Positions 10,352 to 20,872 of a stretch of DNA of 64,000 nt are shown here, piece by piece (position 1 is the first letter of the stretch; each line of letters begins with the position of its first letter). The DNA is taken from contig JBAZMD010000001.1 in assembly GCA_041649955.1 (NCBI GenBank), positions 68,079-132,078 of the forward strand. The letters are read 5' to 3'. The stretch is from Patescibacteria group bacterium (GTDB lineage: Bacteria > Patescibacteriota > Patescibacteriia > UBA2591 > JAQUPP01). A model generated the notes under the pieces. The model saw only the letters and a list, made by a program, of their open reading frames with translations. It was not told the origin of the DNA and did no database searches. The position numbers and the translations under genes are program-made.

Positions 10352-10951
10352 TTACTTTAATTTATCAATTTCTTTTTGTAAATTCAATAACTTAGCATTT
10401 GGATTGGAATTATTCGGATCGGTATTATTTTTAATTTCTTGTCCGTCACTGATGCCGTCACCGTCAGTATCAGGTTTTAAAGGATTTGTTAAATAAACCT
10501 TAACTTCTTCTCTATCAGAAAGACCATCGTTGTCAGTATCAGATTTATTTTTATCAGTGCCCAAGGTAGTTTCTTCTTCATCAGTTAAACCGTCTCCATC
10601 AGCGTCAGGAGCCATTTCAATCGGTTTGGTAATAATTATCGGTGATATCTTGTTATCTTCCGGATTTATTTGAGGCTGACCGGTTTGATTGAGTTTTTTT
10701 ATTTTCGCCTGTTCTGTTAAACTTTTGATTTTAGGCAAAGCGTAATAATAAACTCCCGCTCCGACAATCGCAATAATGATAATAATCAAAATAACGCGAA
10801 TAAAATTTTTATTGATTTTCTTGCGATTTGATGATGAATTGCCGGAATTTTTATTTTCATCAGAAATAAAATTTTTACGTTCAACGTCTTCAAAAATATC
10901 TTCCACTTGGTTAGCGGAGTTTGGATTTAAATTTTTTATTTCGTCTGGCAT
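10352..10951 (-). CDS. small membrane protein with thrombospondin type 3 repeats
   Basis: 199 aa; TM helix then [12 protein letters not shown] / [12 protein letters not shown] / [12 protein letters not shown] repeats. Confidence 0.6.
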   Translation of the reverse strand: MPDEIKNLNPNSANQVEDIFEDVERKNFISDENKNSGNSSSNRKKINKNFIRVILIIIIIAIVGAGVYYYALPKIKSLTEQAKIKKLNQTGQPQINPEDNKISPIIITKPIEMAPDADGDGLTDEEETTLGTDKNKSDTDNDGLSDREEVKVYLTNPLKPDTDGDGISDGQEIKNNTDPNNSNPNAKLLNLQKEIDKLK

Positions 10952-10986
10952 AATAAATTATATTTTATAAATTTATAAAAATTCTA

Positions 10987-13900
10987 TTATTGCAAAACAC
11001 TGCCGCCTATTTCACTAGTCCATGGATCATTTTTTGTTTTCTCAATAATCGGACCATAAACAGAATTAAAACATTTAAAAGCATCTGAATTATAGCCGAA
11101 TAATTTTTGCTGGCATTTAGTCGTCCAGCCACATAAATAGTGAGTTTCACAAGTATTTCTATCCATACCACCGCAATTTGCCTGCCATTTTGAAGAATCT
11201 GTTTCAAAATTCAGATATAAACGATAATCGTCTTCACTTATGGACACATACTGATAGACAGATGAGCCAACCGGACATTCATATTTACTTGTACTTTGAT
11301 TATAACAGGTTCCGCCGCATTGGCTAGTATCGCTGCAACCGGCGCAATAACCGCTTGTCGGGTTTGAAAATTGATTAGTCGGATCATTCGGCATACTGGA
11401 AATAAATTGCCCTTGAGGATTTTTCCAAGAAGGCCATTTGGAAACGGTCATTCCTTTTATAAAACTGCCTGATTCAAGTTTCGGATAATAACCATTAGTT
11501 GATTTATAATCTGTCAGTTTTTGGTTTATTGTTTTTAAATCATAAAGACGGAATAAATCTCGCTGAATTTTTTGCTGTTCATCAGTAGTTTTATTTGTGT
11601 TAAATTGCCAATTATTAACCAATTGATTAAAAATATCAATTGTCTCAGATTTAGCGCTATCAGAATACGAGATAAGATAAATTAAACCCTCAATTTTTCC
11701 GTCATCTTTAACATTTGTTGCCCCCACATAAACCGTTCTCCCCTCTTTTACCGCTTGATAACCATTAACAATAAACGATGTCGGTGAACCGGGGTTTGGC
11801 ACATTTTTCTTATACCATTCAAAAGGAGTAAGATAATCTGGATTTTTCAAAACCTTAAGACCGATCACGTCATTGTTAGCATTATTGGTAAAAAGAAATT
11901 CTTTAACTACATTTGATTTCGTAGTATCGGTTGCAATAAGAGATGGTAAGGATGGAAAATTTTGATATTCAGTCGGTTGCGCTCCTTTTTCCAATTGAAT
12001 ATTAGTCATATGGATTACATCTTCTTTTGTGGAAGCAGTCCATAATATCCCAACCTTAATTGCGGTATCATCAGGTCCGGTGGTAAAAGTATTGGAAATT
12101 TTAGCCAAAGCGCCAGTAGAAATCGCGTTTCCGGGCCAAACTAAATTATAATATGAAGAAGCAATCTTACTTTGAACATAAATGTATGCCAAAGACGTCC
12201 CTGTTCTATTTACTAACATGGATAGAGTATACTGCGTATTTGGAGAAACCTTAATCCAATTTGTTGATATTACTCCGGGAGTGCTTTTGGATTGCTTATT
12301 CGTGACTTTTAAAACATTATAATTAGATTGTTTAACAGTTGAAATGTCTACGCTTTGATTTTTACTCCAACCATTTGTGCCATCAAACATAGCACCGTTA
12401 AAAACTAAATTTTTCTCTAAATTTCCACGGCAATATTGCAATCTAAAATGAGTTTCTGAATCTGTAAATCCCCCTTGTATCCACGGAAATTCACAAAGAA
12501 AAACTTTGGCTTGTGCCATGGCTGAAAAGCTTTTACCAATATCTGATTTGGAAGTATCGGCTGTAATCTTAGCTGTAACTTTAATCTGCGAATCACCGTT
12601 TTGATTTTGGGCCGTGGCCGTTTGCGATGAATTAGCGCTGATTGGAACTAAAACCACGTTGGGTTTTGAAGAATCCCAAGACCAAGTCCAATTATAATCA
12701 GAAACGCCGTGAATCTCGGCTCCTTTATTATCAAGAGCTTTTGTTGAAAATTTTATTGTTGAATCTTTCTTATAAAACTCCACTGATGCTGGAGAAATAA
12801 TTTTTGGTTTTCCCGGATCTGTATTTACAGGATTAACTTTTTCATCCACTTCTTCGGCGGTTATTTCCACTTTGCTTAATTTGCAAATATCCGCACCAGT
12901 GGTAAATGTCCAAGAATTATTTTCCGCCATCTCAATGCCATATTTGCTTTTTACGATATTTTCTTTACCGGCAATTTCTTCTTTACCGGAAATTTCTACT
13001 TGATAAGTGCAAGCGCCGCTGGCATCTAATAAGCCTAAACCGGAATTTAAATAAACAATGGTTTGTTTTGTGGTATTATTATCAACCGCGGAAATATCCG
13101 CTTTTAAATCATAAATAACTGTTTTTCCCGCTTCAGCTTTTTTCAGAAAAATATTTTTTAAACTATTAAAAAATCTGACAAAAATATTATTTTTCTCCAA
13201 ACTGGCTGTAGCAGGACAATATTTATACAATTTAATTGTATCTGAATTAAGCGTGGATTTGTCCATTAATTGGTCAAAAGTGGCGTAAATTACGGTATTG
13301 CGGCAAACATTACCATTAGGATAACTATTCACTACTGTCGGCTGAGTAGCGACGACTAGATGGGAACTGTCGGAAATCGGTTGTTCACCTTTTGAAGTGG
13401 TAATTGTCGTGCTCACTGTAATATCTGTTTCACCTAAATTTTTACCTTTAACAGTCGCACTCTCGTTTGGCGTACCGACAAATTCAGCGATGTTCGGCGG
13501 ATCAGCGTCACCGTCGTCCCATGACCAAGAATATTTGCTTGATTCCAAATAATTACAATTTGAAGTATAAATTTGAGGAGTGTAAACTTTGGTTTCATTT
13601 TGTAAAATTTGGTTTGTACCCGCGGAATCAAGACAAATTTTATTCAAAGGACAATCATCATTATTCGCGATAAACATCCAAGTATAATCATCTCCTTGAA
13701 CGCCATTTTTGTCTCCATCCAGTTCCAATCCGAATTTATCTTTTATGCCGTTTGATCCGCTTTTTAAAATTATGCGGTAAATTTTATTTTTTTCCAAAGA
13801 AGCAGCAGGTTTGAAATAAAAGCCATTTTTTTCAATCGTAAAAGTGCCGAGAGCTATATTACTTGTCTCATTGTCCGGACATCCAGAATTATTAAAATCA

Positions 13901-16900
13901 CTAGTGCCGCATTTTTGAATTATTATATTTTTATTGGCAGCAGTATCAGTATTATTGGTGGTATCAATCACTACTTCCCGATTAAATCGAGCCCTGATTT
14001 GCGCTTGAGTGCAAGCGTCAGTAGATTGACTGGATGGCGAAGGTGATTGATCTCCCAATTTGCATTCACTGCAACCAGATTCTTCAGATACTTGCGGCGG
14101 TCCGCCCGGAGAAACTGTCAATAAAGCGCAAGTGCGCGGCTCTGTATAAGTACATACATTATCGCCCGTCGAAGCCATAATTAAAGATTGACCAAAATCT
14201 TTGGGTTTAGCAATTGTAGATAAACCGCTTGATGGTGAAATTGTGGCAATATTTGTTTTTGCGGAAGTCCAATTAAAACTATCCACGCAAATCTGGCGGC
14301 CATTTGAATCTAAAGCTGAAGCACCAAATGTCGGTGTTTGATTTAATCCATTAACTGTTAAATCAGTCGGAATAACTTTTATTGTTGTGATACGACATGT
14401 TCCATCTCCGGTAGTAAAATCCCAAGCAGTATCGTTCATAGAAACTCCCATTTTACTTATAGCTCCGCTTCCATATATTCCTCCCTTGACCCATATTTTA
14501 TAAGTAGAATTTGGATTTAGTTGACAGCCGGAAGGATAAAAATCAGTAGTTGTTTCTTTCTTAATATTATCATCAACGCTGGTGATTCTGCCCTTAACTT
14601 GATGAGGAGCTAAAATATCTTCTTCGGTTAAAGCTTTATTATAAATACGAACTTCGTCAATAACGCCTCTAAAATTAGAGTAATAGCATGATCCAAATTT
14701 TGGATCTGGACAGAGAGAATCTGCGTAAGATTGCCGGCCGATTACCAAATTGCCGGCATTGACTAAAGATTTTTCTCCAAATGTTTTTAGTTGAATACCG
14801 TCTAATTTTCCATTAACATAAATTTTAAGATTTTCTCCGTCATAAGTTGCTGTAATGCGATAAAAAACATCTTCTGATAACCATGTTGAACCGCGTACAT
14901 TAGTAAGATCAGGATGTATTCCAGTTCCCACTACGAAACCCGGCTGCCATTGACCGGTGTTTGGGCCTTTTCTATATAAATCCAATACATAGTTATTTCT
15001 TGCCGTCATACCCTCATCCCCTTTGGCTAAAATAACCAGTCTGCCCTTGTCAGGATCAGTAGAAGTGTCTTTTTTAATTTTTATAAAAACATCTAATGTT
15101 AATTTTTGCAAATCTAAAGAAGAACTATCAGGAATAGTTATATAATCACCATCGTCGCCTAGAGCACCATCAAATTCTAAAGCTTTTCCAAATTTTCCAT
15201 TAACCCAAGCTGCTCCGGAAATTGTTCCGTCATTTAACCCTTTCGCATCTTCAACGATTAATCCTGCTCCTTTGTTAAAATGCCAAAGCGCTACCATTCC
15301 TTCTTCAAAATTAGTTTCATAACCCGGATCAACATCAGAAGACAATAATTTGATATTATCATTTAAAGAATTATGATCCATTAAATCATCGAAGGTCATT
15401 GAAACTGACGCATTTTTACAAACATTAATTTCTCCATCAGCGGGTGATTTGCTTGCATTTATTATAATTGGTTGAGGATAACAGCATTTATTCGGATCTA
15501 AGATACCGCAACCGGCGCCGGTACCGCATTGAGCATCATTTTTGCAACCGCAACAGAGACCGCGAGGATTATCCTCTGGACCCTTACAATTACCTTGATT
15601 GGCTAAACAAGTTAAACCGACAGCGCAAGAATTCTGTTGTTTAGGATTGCAGCAACAACGACAAGTGTCAGCACCGCTTAAACATTTATAAGGCGCTGAA
15701 CAACTGCCTGAATTATTCGGACAAGATACATCTTGGCATTTATCTCCGGGTTTTGGCGCTCTATGTAAAACTTCAAAAGGCAAACTATTGCTTGTCCCGC
15801 TGGAATTTTTTACCACCACATTACCCTTTTGAGCGTCAGCCGGCACAAAGACTTCTATAATTTGCGTATCAGACCAATTTGCATCTAAAAAATCAGCAAC
15901 TACTTGATTATAAAAAATTATTTTGCTGCCGTCATTTTTTGTACCGAATCTTAAACCATTAAAACTGACTTTTGTTTCGCTTGGATCGCCTTTTGGATAA
16001 CCGCTGGAAGGATTAATTGACAAAAGACACGGACCGGATGATTCACTATTATCATTAACCAAAAATTTATCCCAACTCACAGTTTCTGATTTGCTGGCAT
16101 CTCCATCATAAGTAATCCCCACTTTAACGCCCAATGAATCCGAAATATCAGTTGCCGGATCGCCAAAAACCGCAGGAATAACCGTGGTAATAAAATCCGG
16201 ACCGGATGATTCTACGATTGCATTTATTGGCCCATCTTCTCCATTTGGTCGGGACTCAGCAGGCGGAATAACCGGATATTTATCATCAAATTGAAATTTA
16301 GTTATAGTCGCCGGACGATTAGTGGTGCCAGTAAAACAGCGGCCAAAAACAGTTACGCAACTTTTTCGTGAACCGGAATCGGGCGTTACTTTATAAATTA
16401 CCGGCGAACAAGCGCATTTGGTCAAATCAGTGGTTGTAAAATCCCAATCTTTGCCGAGTTTATTTTGATCAACATCCATTATTAAATCAGTAGTTGCGCT
16501 GATATAATAAGAAGTGCCGACAGTCAAATTATTATTTAATTTAATTTCAAAAACCTTAAATTGAGTGGAAATATTTTCAATATCAGCGTCAATAACTTTA
16601 ATTTTTCCAATCGTATTTTTGCCATCTTCGGTCGTGACGGATGCTTCAATTTCTTTCGGTTTAATAGAGCCTTGGAAAACAATATTTTTTCCGATTTTAC
16701 CCTGAATCGTTACCGTATTATCGTACATACTGGTGGCGAAGCTGACGCCAATCGGTTCGTCCGGACAAACATTTTTATCCTTTGGCCAATAATCGCTGAT
16801 CCCCGGAACAATATCATTTGTTTCAAATTTCCAAGATTGCGGCGCAGCCATTGGATTACCGCATAAATCTTTAACATTGGCCACGGTGATTTTATACCAA

Positions 16901-18165
16901 GTAAACGGATCAAGTAAATTAGGATTGCTTAAAGAAACAAAAAATCCTTGATATTTATCTTTAACAATTAATATTCCATTAATTGCCGTGCCGGATTCAG
17001 CATCTCGAGAAGCTAATTTTTCTATTGTAAAACTTGTGGAAATTGGATGTCCGTCAGCATCAGCCACTGTATCAAAATCTATACTTTCGTTAAAATTCAA
17101 ATCAATAATCGGCGCTCGAGAAACCCATTGATTTGGCTTTGCCGAATCAATAGTCGGATAAGTTTTATTCAAATAAGGCGCTTCTGTGTCTACGATATTA
17201 TTAGTTTCAAAATCCCAAATAACAGTATCAGCGTTTTTTGAGCAATGATATTTTGGATTAAATCCGTTACTGCAGCCATATAAAGGAAGACTGGGAATAT
17301 AAGTATCTTTAATTGATTTTGGGACAATAACATTATATTTAGTATCCGAGTCCCATATAGTTTTAGGAGTAAATAAAACCGAACTGCCTGAAATTTTCCA
17401 AGTTCCTTCAATAGCTTTTTTATCCGCATCAGTGGCTTTAACAACTTTCAAAGTTTCGTCGGTTATTACCGCGTTTACCTCATTAGAATTTAAATTATGA
17501 TTAAAAACTGGTTTTATCTTGCTGCAGCGATAAACTTTCGCATTTGGATTTTCAACTATATTCTCTGTACTGAAAGCAGCTTCGCCGCTCTTTAAAAGTA
17601 AAGACATTGAATCGGAAGAAAAATAACAAGTATCTTCTGCTGGAATAGTACATTCGCAATTCTCATCAAATTTCATGCCTATACCATTGCCGCAGCAAGA
17701 ATCCGGCTTGCAGCACTTGCTTCCTACGCAATAAGTTGAAGGTTCGGTCACCTCCGAAAGTTTACTCATAATAAAGCTGGCAATGGCGTAAGCTAAAACA
17801 ATAATTAAAATGCCGATAATGCCGGCAATCATCAATTTTTTGGCTCCGGCAATTTTAGTTTCATCTCCACCCGAAGTCATCCATCTAAAACCGCCCATAA
17901 TTATAATAACCGCCGCCGCCAATCCGAGCACGCCTAAAACAATTCTCATTATATTACCCATGGCAGAAGGGAGGTCAGTGTTTCCATAAGTCGCATGAGT
18001 GCGAAAATTTTCCAAACCGTTATTCATTTCTTGCGCATTGGTTAAAGCCGGATTTAAAACAAAAAATAAAAATCCGGATGCCATCAATAAACATAAAAAA
18101 CCTAAAAATATATTTTTTTTAAATTGTTTTTTTTCCGCCATCCGGCGAATTATTTCAATTTTCAT
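10987..18165 (-). CDS. giant (2392 aa) cell-surface protein with N-terminal T4SS/VirB2-like pilin double-TM domain, LamG/ConA-like lectin domain, Ig-like and Cys-rich modules
   Basis: N-terminus has signal/TM + GNIMRIVLGVLGLAAAVIIIMGGFRWMTSGGDETKIAGAKKLMIAGIIGILIIVLAYAIASFI, resembling the CPR T4SS-pilin fold; uninterrupted 7.2-kb ORF. Confidence 0.7.
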   Translation of the reverse strand: MKIEIIRRMAEKKQFKKNIFLGFLCLLMASGFLFFVLNPALTNAQEMNNGLENFRTHATYGNTDLPSAMGNIMRIVLGVLGLAAAVIIIMGGFRWMTSGGDETKIAGAKKLMIAGIIGILIIVLAYAIASFIMSKLSEVTEPSTYCVGSKCCKPDSCCGNGIGMKFDENCECTIPAEDTCYFSSDSMSLLLKSGEAAFSTENIVENPNAKVYRCSKIKPVFNHNLNSNEVNAVITDETLKVVKATDADKKAIEGTWKISGSSVLFTPKTIWDSDTKYNVIVPKSIKDTYIPSLPLYGCSNGFNPKYHCSKNADTVIWDFETNNIVDTEAPYLNKTYPTIDSAKPNQWVSRAPIIDLNFNESIDFDTVADADGHPISTSFTIEKLASRDAESGTAINGILIVKDKYQGFFVSLSNPNLLDPFTWYKITVANVKDLCGNPMAAPQSWKFETNDIVPGISDYWPKDKNVCPDEPIGVSFATSMYDNTVTIQGKIGKNIVFQGSIKPKEIEASVTTEDGKNTIGKIKVIDADIENISTQFKVFEIKLNNNLTVGTSYYISATTDLIMDVDQNKLGKDWDFTTTDLTKCACSPVIYKVTPDSGSRKSCVTVFGRCFTGTTNRPATITKFQFDDKYPVIPPAESRPNGEDGPINAIVESSGPDFITTVIPAVFGDPATDISDSLGVKVGITYDGDASKSETVSWDKFLVNDNSESSGPCLLSINPSSGYPKGDPSETKVSFNGLRFGTKNDGSKIIFYNQVVADFLDANWSDTQIIEVFVPADAQKGNVVVKNSSGTSNSLPFEVLHRAPKPGDKCQDVSCPNNSGSCSAPYKCLSGADTCRCCCNPKQQNSCAVGLTCLANQGNCKGPEDNPRGLCCGCKNDAQCGTGAGCGILDPNKCCYPQPIIINASKSPADGEINVCKNASVSMTFDDLMDHNSLNDNIKLLSSDVDPGYETNFEEGMVALWHFNKGAGLIVEDAKGLNDGTISGAAWVNGKFGKALEFDGALGDDGDYITIPDSSSLDLQKLTLDVFIKIKKDTSTDPDKGRLVILAKGDEGMTARNNYVLDLYRKGPNTGQWQPGFVVGTGIHPDLTNVRGSTWLSEDVFYRITATYDGENLKIYVNGKLDGIQLKTFGEKSLVNAGNLVIGRQSYADSLCPDPKFGSCYYSNFRGVIDEVRIYNKALTEEDILAPHQVKGRITSVDDNIKKETTTDFYPSGCQLNPNSTYKIWVKGGIYGSGAISKMGVSMNDTAWDFTTGDGTCRITTIKVIPTDLTVNGLNQTPTFGASALDSNGRQICVDSFNWTSAKTNIATISPSSGLSTIAKPKDFGQSLIMASTGDNVCTYTEPRTCALLTVSPGGPPQVSEESGCSECKLGDQSPSPSSQSTDACTQAQIRARFNREVVIDTTNNTDTAANKNIIIQKCGTSDFNNSGCPDNETSNIALGTFTIEKNGFYFKPAASLEKNKIYRIILKSGSNGIKDKFGLELDGDKNGVQGDDYTWMFIANNDDCPLNKICLDSAGTNQILQNETKVYTPQIYTSNCNYLESSKYSWSWDDGDADPPNIAEFVGTPNESATVKGKNLGETDITVSTTITTSKGEQPISDSSHLVVATQPTVVNSYPNGNVCRNTVIYATFDQLMDKSTLNSDTIKLYKYCPATASLEKNNIFVRFFNSLKNIFLKKAEAGKTVIYDLKADISAVDNNTTKQTIVYLNSGLGLLDASGACTYQVEISGKEEIAGKENIVKSKYGIEMAENNSWTFTTGADICKLSKVEITAEEVDEKVNPVNTDPGKPKIISPASVEFYKKDSTIKFSTKALDNKGAEIHGVSDYNWTWSWDSSKPNVVLVPISANSSQTATAQNQNGDSQIKVTAKITADTSKSDIGKSFSAMAQAKVFLCEFPWIQGGFTDSETHFRLQYCRGNLEKNLVFNGAMFDGTNGWSKNQSVDISTVKQSNYNVLKVTNKQSKSTPGVISTNWIKVSPNTQYTLSMLVNRTGTSLAYIYVQSKIASSYYNLVWPGNAISTGALAKISNTFTTGPDDTAIKVGILWTASTKEDVIHMTNIQLEKGAQPTEYQNFPSLPSLIATDTTKSNVVKEFLFTNNANNDVIGLKVLKNPDYLTPFEWYKKNVPNPGSPTSFIVNGYQAVKEGRTVYVGATNVKDDGKIEGLIYLISYSDSAKSETIDIFNQLVNNWQFNTNKTTDEQQKIQRDLFRLYDLKTINQKLTDYKSTNGYYPKLESGSFIKGMTVSKWPSWKNPQGQFISSMPNDPTNQFSNPTSGYCAGCSDTSQCGGTCYNQSTSKYECPVGSSVYQYVSISEDDYRLYLNFETDSSKWQANCGGMDRNTCETHYLCGWTTKCQQKLFGYNSDAFKCFNSVYGPIIEKTKNDPWTSEIGGSVLQ

Positions 18166-18187
18166 AAAAAAATTTTAGGTTTAAATT

Positions 18188-18643
18188 TTAGATATTATTT
18201 AATTGTTCTTTGACTATTTGGCTGACTTGATTGCCGTCCGCTTTGCCCTTGGTTTGTTTCGCCACCAAGCCCATTACTTTGCCGAAATCCGAAGGACCGT
18301 TGGCATTGATTTCTTTAATAACATTTAAAACTATTTCTTTCACTTGATCGCCCGATAATTGTTCGGGCATATATTTAAAAAGTATTTCCAATTCTTTTTT
18401 TTCTTTGGCGGCTAATTCCGGCCGATTCCCCTTTTCATATAATTCTATCGCCTCTTTGCGTTTTTTTATTTCTCCGCCGACAATATCAACAGCCAGTTCA
18501 TCGGTTAATTCTTGTTTCTTGGGTCTTAATTCAATAGCTTTATACGCCAAGGCGGATTTTAACATACGCAAAACAGCCTTCGTGTCTTCCTCTCCTTCAC
18601 GCAAGGCTTGTTTAAAATCTTTTTCAATACGTTCGAGCAACAT
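18188..18643 (-). CDS. yqeY: GatB/YqeY domain protein
   Basis: 151 aa; typical YqeY sequence, downstream of rpsU as in Firmicutes. Confidence 0.8.
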   Translation of the reverse strand: MLLERIEKDFKQALREGEEDTKAVLRMLKSALAYKAIELRPKKQELTDELAVDIVGGEIKKRKEAIELYEKGNRPELAAKEKKELEILFKYMPEQLSGDQVKEIVLNVIKEINANGPSDFGKVMGLVAKQTKGKADGNQVSQIVKEQLNNI

Positions 18644-18649
18644 ATTTAC

Positions 18650-18812
18650 CTCATTGGGGCGAGGATTATGTCGCTAAGAAAAGTGTCTTCCGCCAAAGGG
18701 CGGATAAACTCCGGGCGAGTAGTTCGCCAGCTGGGGCGGAGAGCCCGAGAGCCAAGCGACAATTTTCCCGCTGGGAAAATTGATCGTGTCTTTTCGTGCG
18801 ACTAATCCGAAC
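18650..18812 (-). ncRNA. candidate structured RNA / GC-rich structured spacer between rpsU and yqeY
   Basis: ~160 nt of markedly higher GC than flanks, several perfect hairpins (ttttcccGCTgggaaaa, ccgccAAAGggcgg), no ORF. Confidence 0.3.
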
Positions 18813-18815
18813 CTT

Positions 18816-19034
18816 TTACTTAATTTTACCAAGTTTTCTTAAATATTCCATTTTCTCGCGAGACGATTTTCTGCACAAAGCGCTTGCTCTGCGAAGAAGC
18901 TTGCTTTGCGGTTTAACATAAAATTGGCCTTTTTTGGCAAGGTCAAGCACGCCGCTTCTTTTAATGCGTTCGCTGAATCTTCTTAAAAAAATATTTAAGG
19001 ATTCGTTTGGTTTTCTTTTAAGTTCAATACTCAT
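18816..19034 (-). CDS. rpsU: 30S ribosomal protein S21
   Basis: 72 aa, basic, canonical S21 sequence. Confidence 0.85.
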   Translation of the reverse strand: MSIELKRKPNESLNIFLRRFSERIKRSGVLDLAKKGQFYVKPQSKLLRRASALCRKSSREKMEYLRKLGKIK

Positions 19035-19256
19035 ACTTTATATTATAATATATAATAATTAAAAAGCAAGCCCCACCACATGGAAATTATTGTTTTTCTG
19101 TAAAATTACGATTTAATAAGTATAAATTAAAAAAAATATTTTAGTTAGATATTTGAAATTATTAAGCATATAAAAAAACAAGAGAACAGTAATTTTAATA
19201 ATTTCCTTGTGGTGGGGCAAGCCTATTCTAACACATATTTTTATAGACGGGAAGAA

Positions 19257-20864
19257 CTACAAATTGCTATTTTTCTCTTGATAATATTTCGCTATATTGG
19301 CGCAATGAGTGGCTATTCCTCCCAGATTAACCAAAATATCATTAAAAATCGGGCCGTCGGCCGCATTGCATTCTCGGCGGTAAAATCTCTCCAAATGTTT
19401 TTCTTTTGCCGTAATTATCATTTCTTTTATTTTTTCATTATGTCTTAAAATTTTTTCCGCTAATTCTTGATTGGGCATTTCAATTAAAATAATCAAATCT
19501 TTAATGATTTTATCCAAAAATATTTTTATGTCTTCTATTTCTTGCTTGGCCGCTTTGGAAAATTTCACTTTGCATTGAATGCGATATTTGGCCAATTCAA
19601 CCAAATTTATAATATGATCGCCTATTCTTTCTATGTCGTCAACTATGCTTGAACATTGAATCAGTTGGGCGGCATTTTTTTGAGTTAATTTATTCTTGGG
19701 TATTTTATCTATAAAATTCATTACTTCTTTTTGAAGATTATCAATAACCAATTCCAAATAATTCAAATTTCTGTATCCCCTTTCGCTAAAAACGGAAATT
19801 ATTTTAAAAGCTCTTTTAAACATTTCTTCAGTTAACTGCACTCCTCTCTTCAATTCTTTTTGAACCGCTTCCAATGCCAGGGACGGTTCTTTTAAATATT
19901 GCTTGTCTAAAAATTCCGACCAAAGCGGCAATATTTTTTCCTGACCTGGAATTACTTTTTCCAATAATTTAGCAAATGGTTTTATTAAAAAAATAAACAA
20001 GCAGGCTACTAAAATACTGAAAAAGAAATGGCTGTTTACGATTTGTTGGGCAGTATTGCCGGTCAAATGTTTTATAAAATTGACATAATAATTAAGAAAC
20101 GGAAAAAGAAGAATAACAGTTATGGATTTAAAAAATATATTGGCAATGCCAGTTCTTCTAGCGTTTATTCCCCCTCCCAAACTGAATAAAAACGGTATTA
20201 TTGTCGCGCCGATATTGGCACCTAAAATTAAAGGCAAACCGACTTCAAGAGTTATCAAAGATTGCTGGCCTAAAAGAACAAGAATACTGGTGACAATTGA
20301 GCTGGATTGAATGAGAATTGTCGCCGCAATTCCGATTAATATGCCCAAAACAGGATTTTTTATGCTTTGAAAAAAATTTAAAAAATCTTGATTTCCTTTT
20401 AAAGGAATAATGACGTTGTTAATCAAATTCAGACCGAAAAAAATAAGACCGAAATAAAAAATTACCTTGCCGATGTTCTTGAGTTTTTCCGTAGGCGCGA
20501 CGAGCCAAAATATCATGCCGATAATCAAAAAAATCGGCGCGATATTCATAATATTGAAAGCAACCAATTGGGCAGTAAGAATCGTACCGATATTAGCGCC
20601 CAAAATTATACCCAATGAATTTTCAACACTGATAACTCCGGCGCTGACTAAACCAATGGTGATAAAAATAATCGTCGCACTGCATTGAAAAATTGCCGTG
20701 GAAACAGCGCCGAGCCCCATTCCGTAAATCGGTTTTTGTGACAAATATTTAATGTATTGGCGGATTCTGGAATTAAAAACCATTTGCATCCGATAACTTA
20801 ATCGGATCATGCCGAACAACACGAACATTAAGCCCGTTAAAAATAAAATAATTTCTTGAGCCAT
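19257..20864 (-). CDS. Na+/phosphate symporter (NptA family) with C-terminal PhoU-like domain
   Basis: 535 aa; multi-TM N-terminal half plus cytoplasmic helical PhoU-like half. Confidence 0.8.
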   Translation of the reverse strand: MAQEIILFLTGLMFVLFGMIRLSYRMQMVFNSRIRQYIKYLSQKPIYGMGLGAVSTAIFQCSATIIFITIGLVSAGVISVENSLGIILGANIGTILTAQLVAFNIMNIAPIFLIIGMIFWLVAPTEKLKNIGKVIFYFGLIFFGLNLINNVIIPLKGNQDFLNFFQSIKNPVLGILIGIAATILIQSSSIVTSILVLLGQQSLITLEVGLPLILGANIGATIIPFLFSLGGGINARRTGIANIFFKSITVILLFPFLNYYVNFIKHLTGNTAQQIVNSHFFFSILVACLFIFLIKPFAKLLEKVIPGQEKILPLWSEFLDKQYLKEPSLALEAVQKELKRGVQLTEEMFKRAFKIISVFSERGYRNLNYLELVIDNLQKEVMNFIDKIPKNKLTQKNAAQLIQCSSIVDDIERIGDHIINLVELAKYRIQCKVKFSKAAKQEIEDIKIFLDKIIKDLIILIEMPNQELAEKILRHNEKIKEMIITAKEKHLERFYRRECNAADGPIFNDILVNLGGIATHCANIAKYYQEKNSNL

Positions 20865-20872
20865 AAAAAAAT

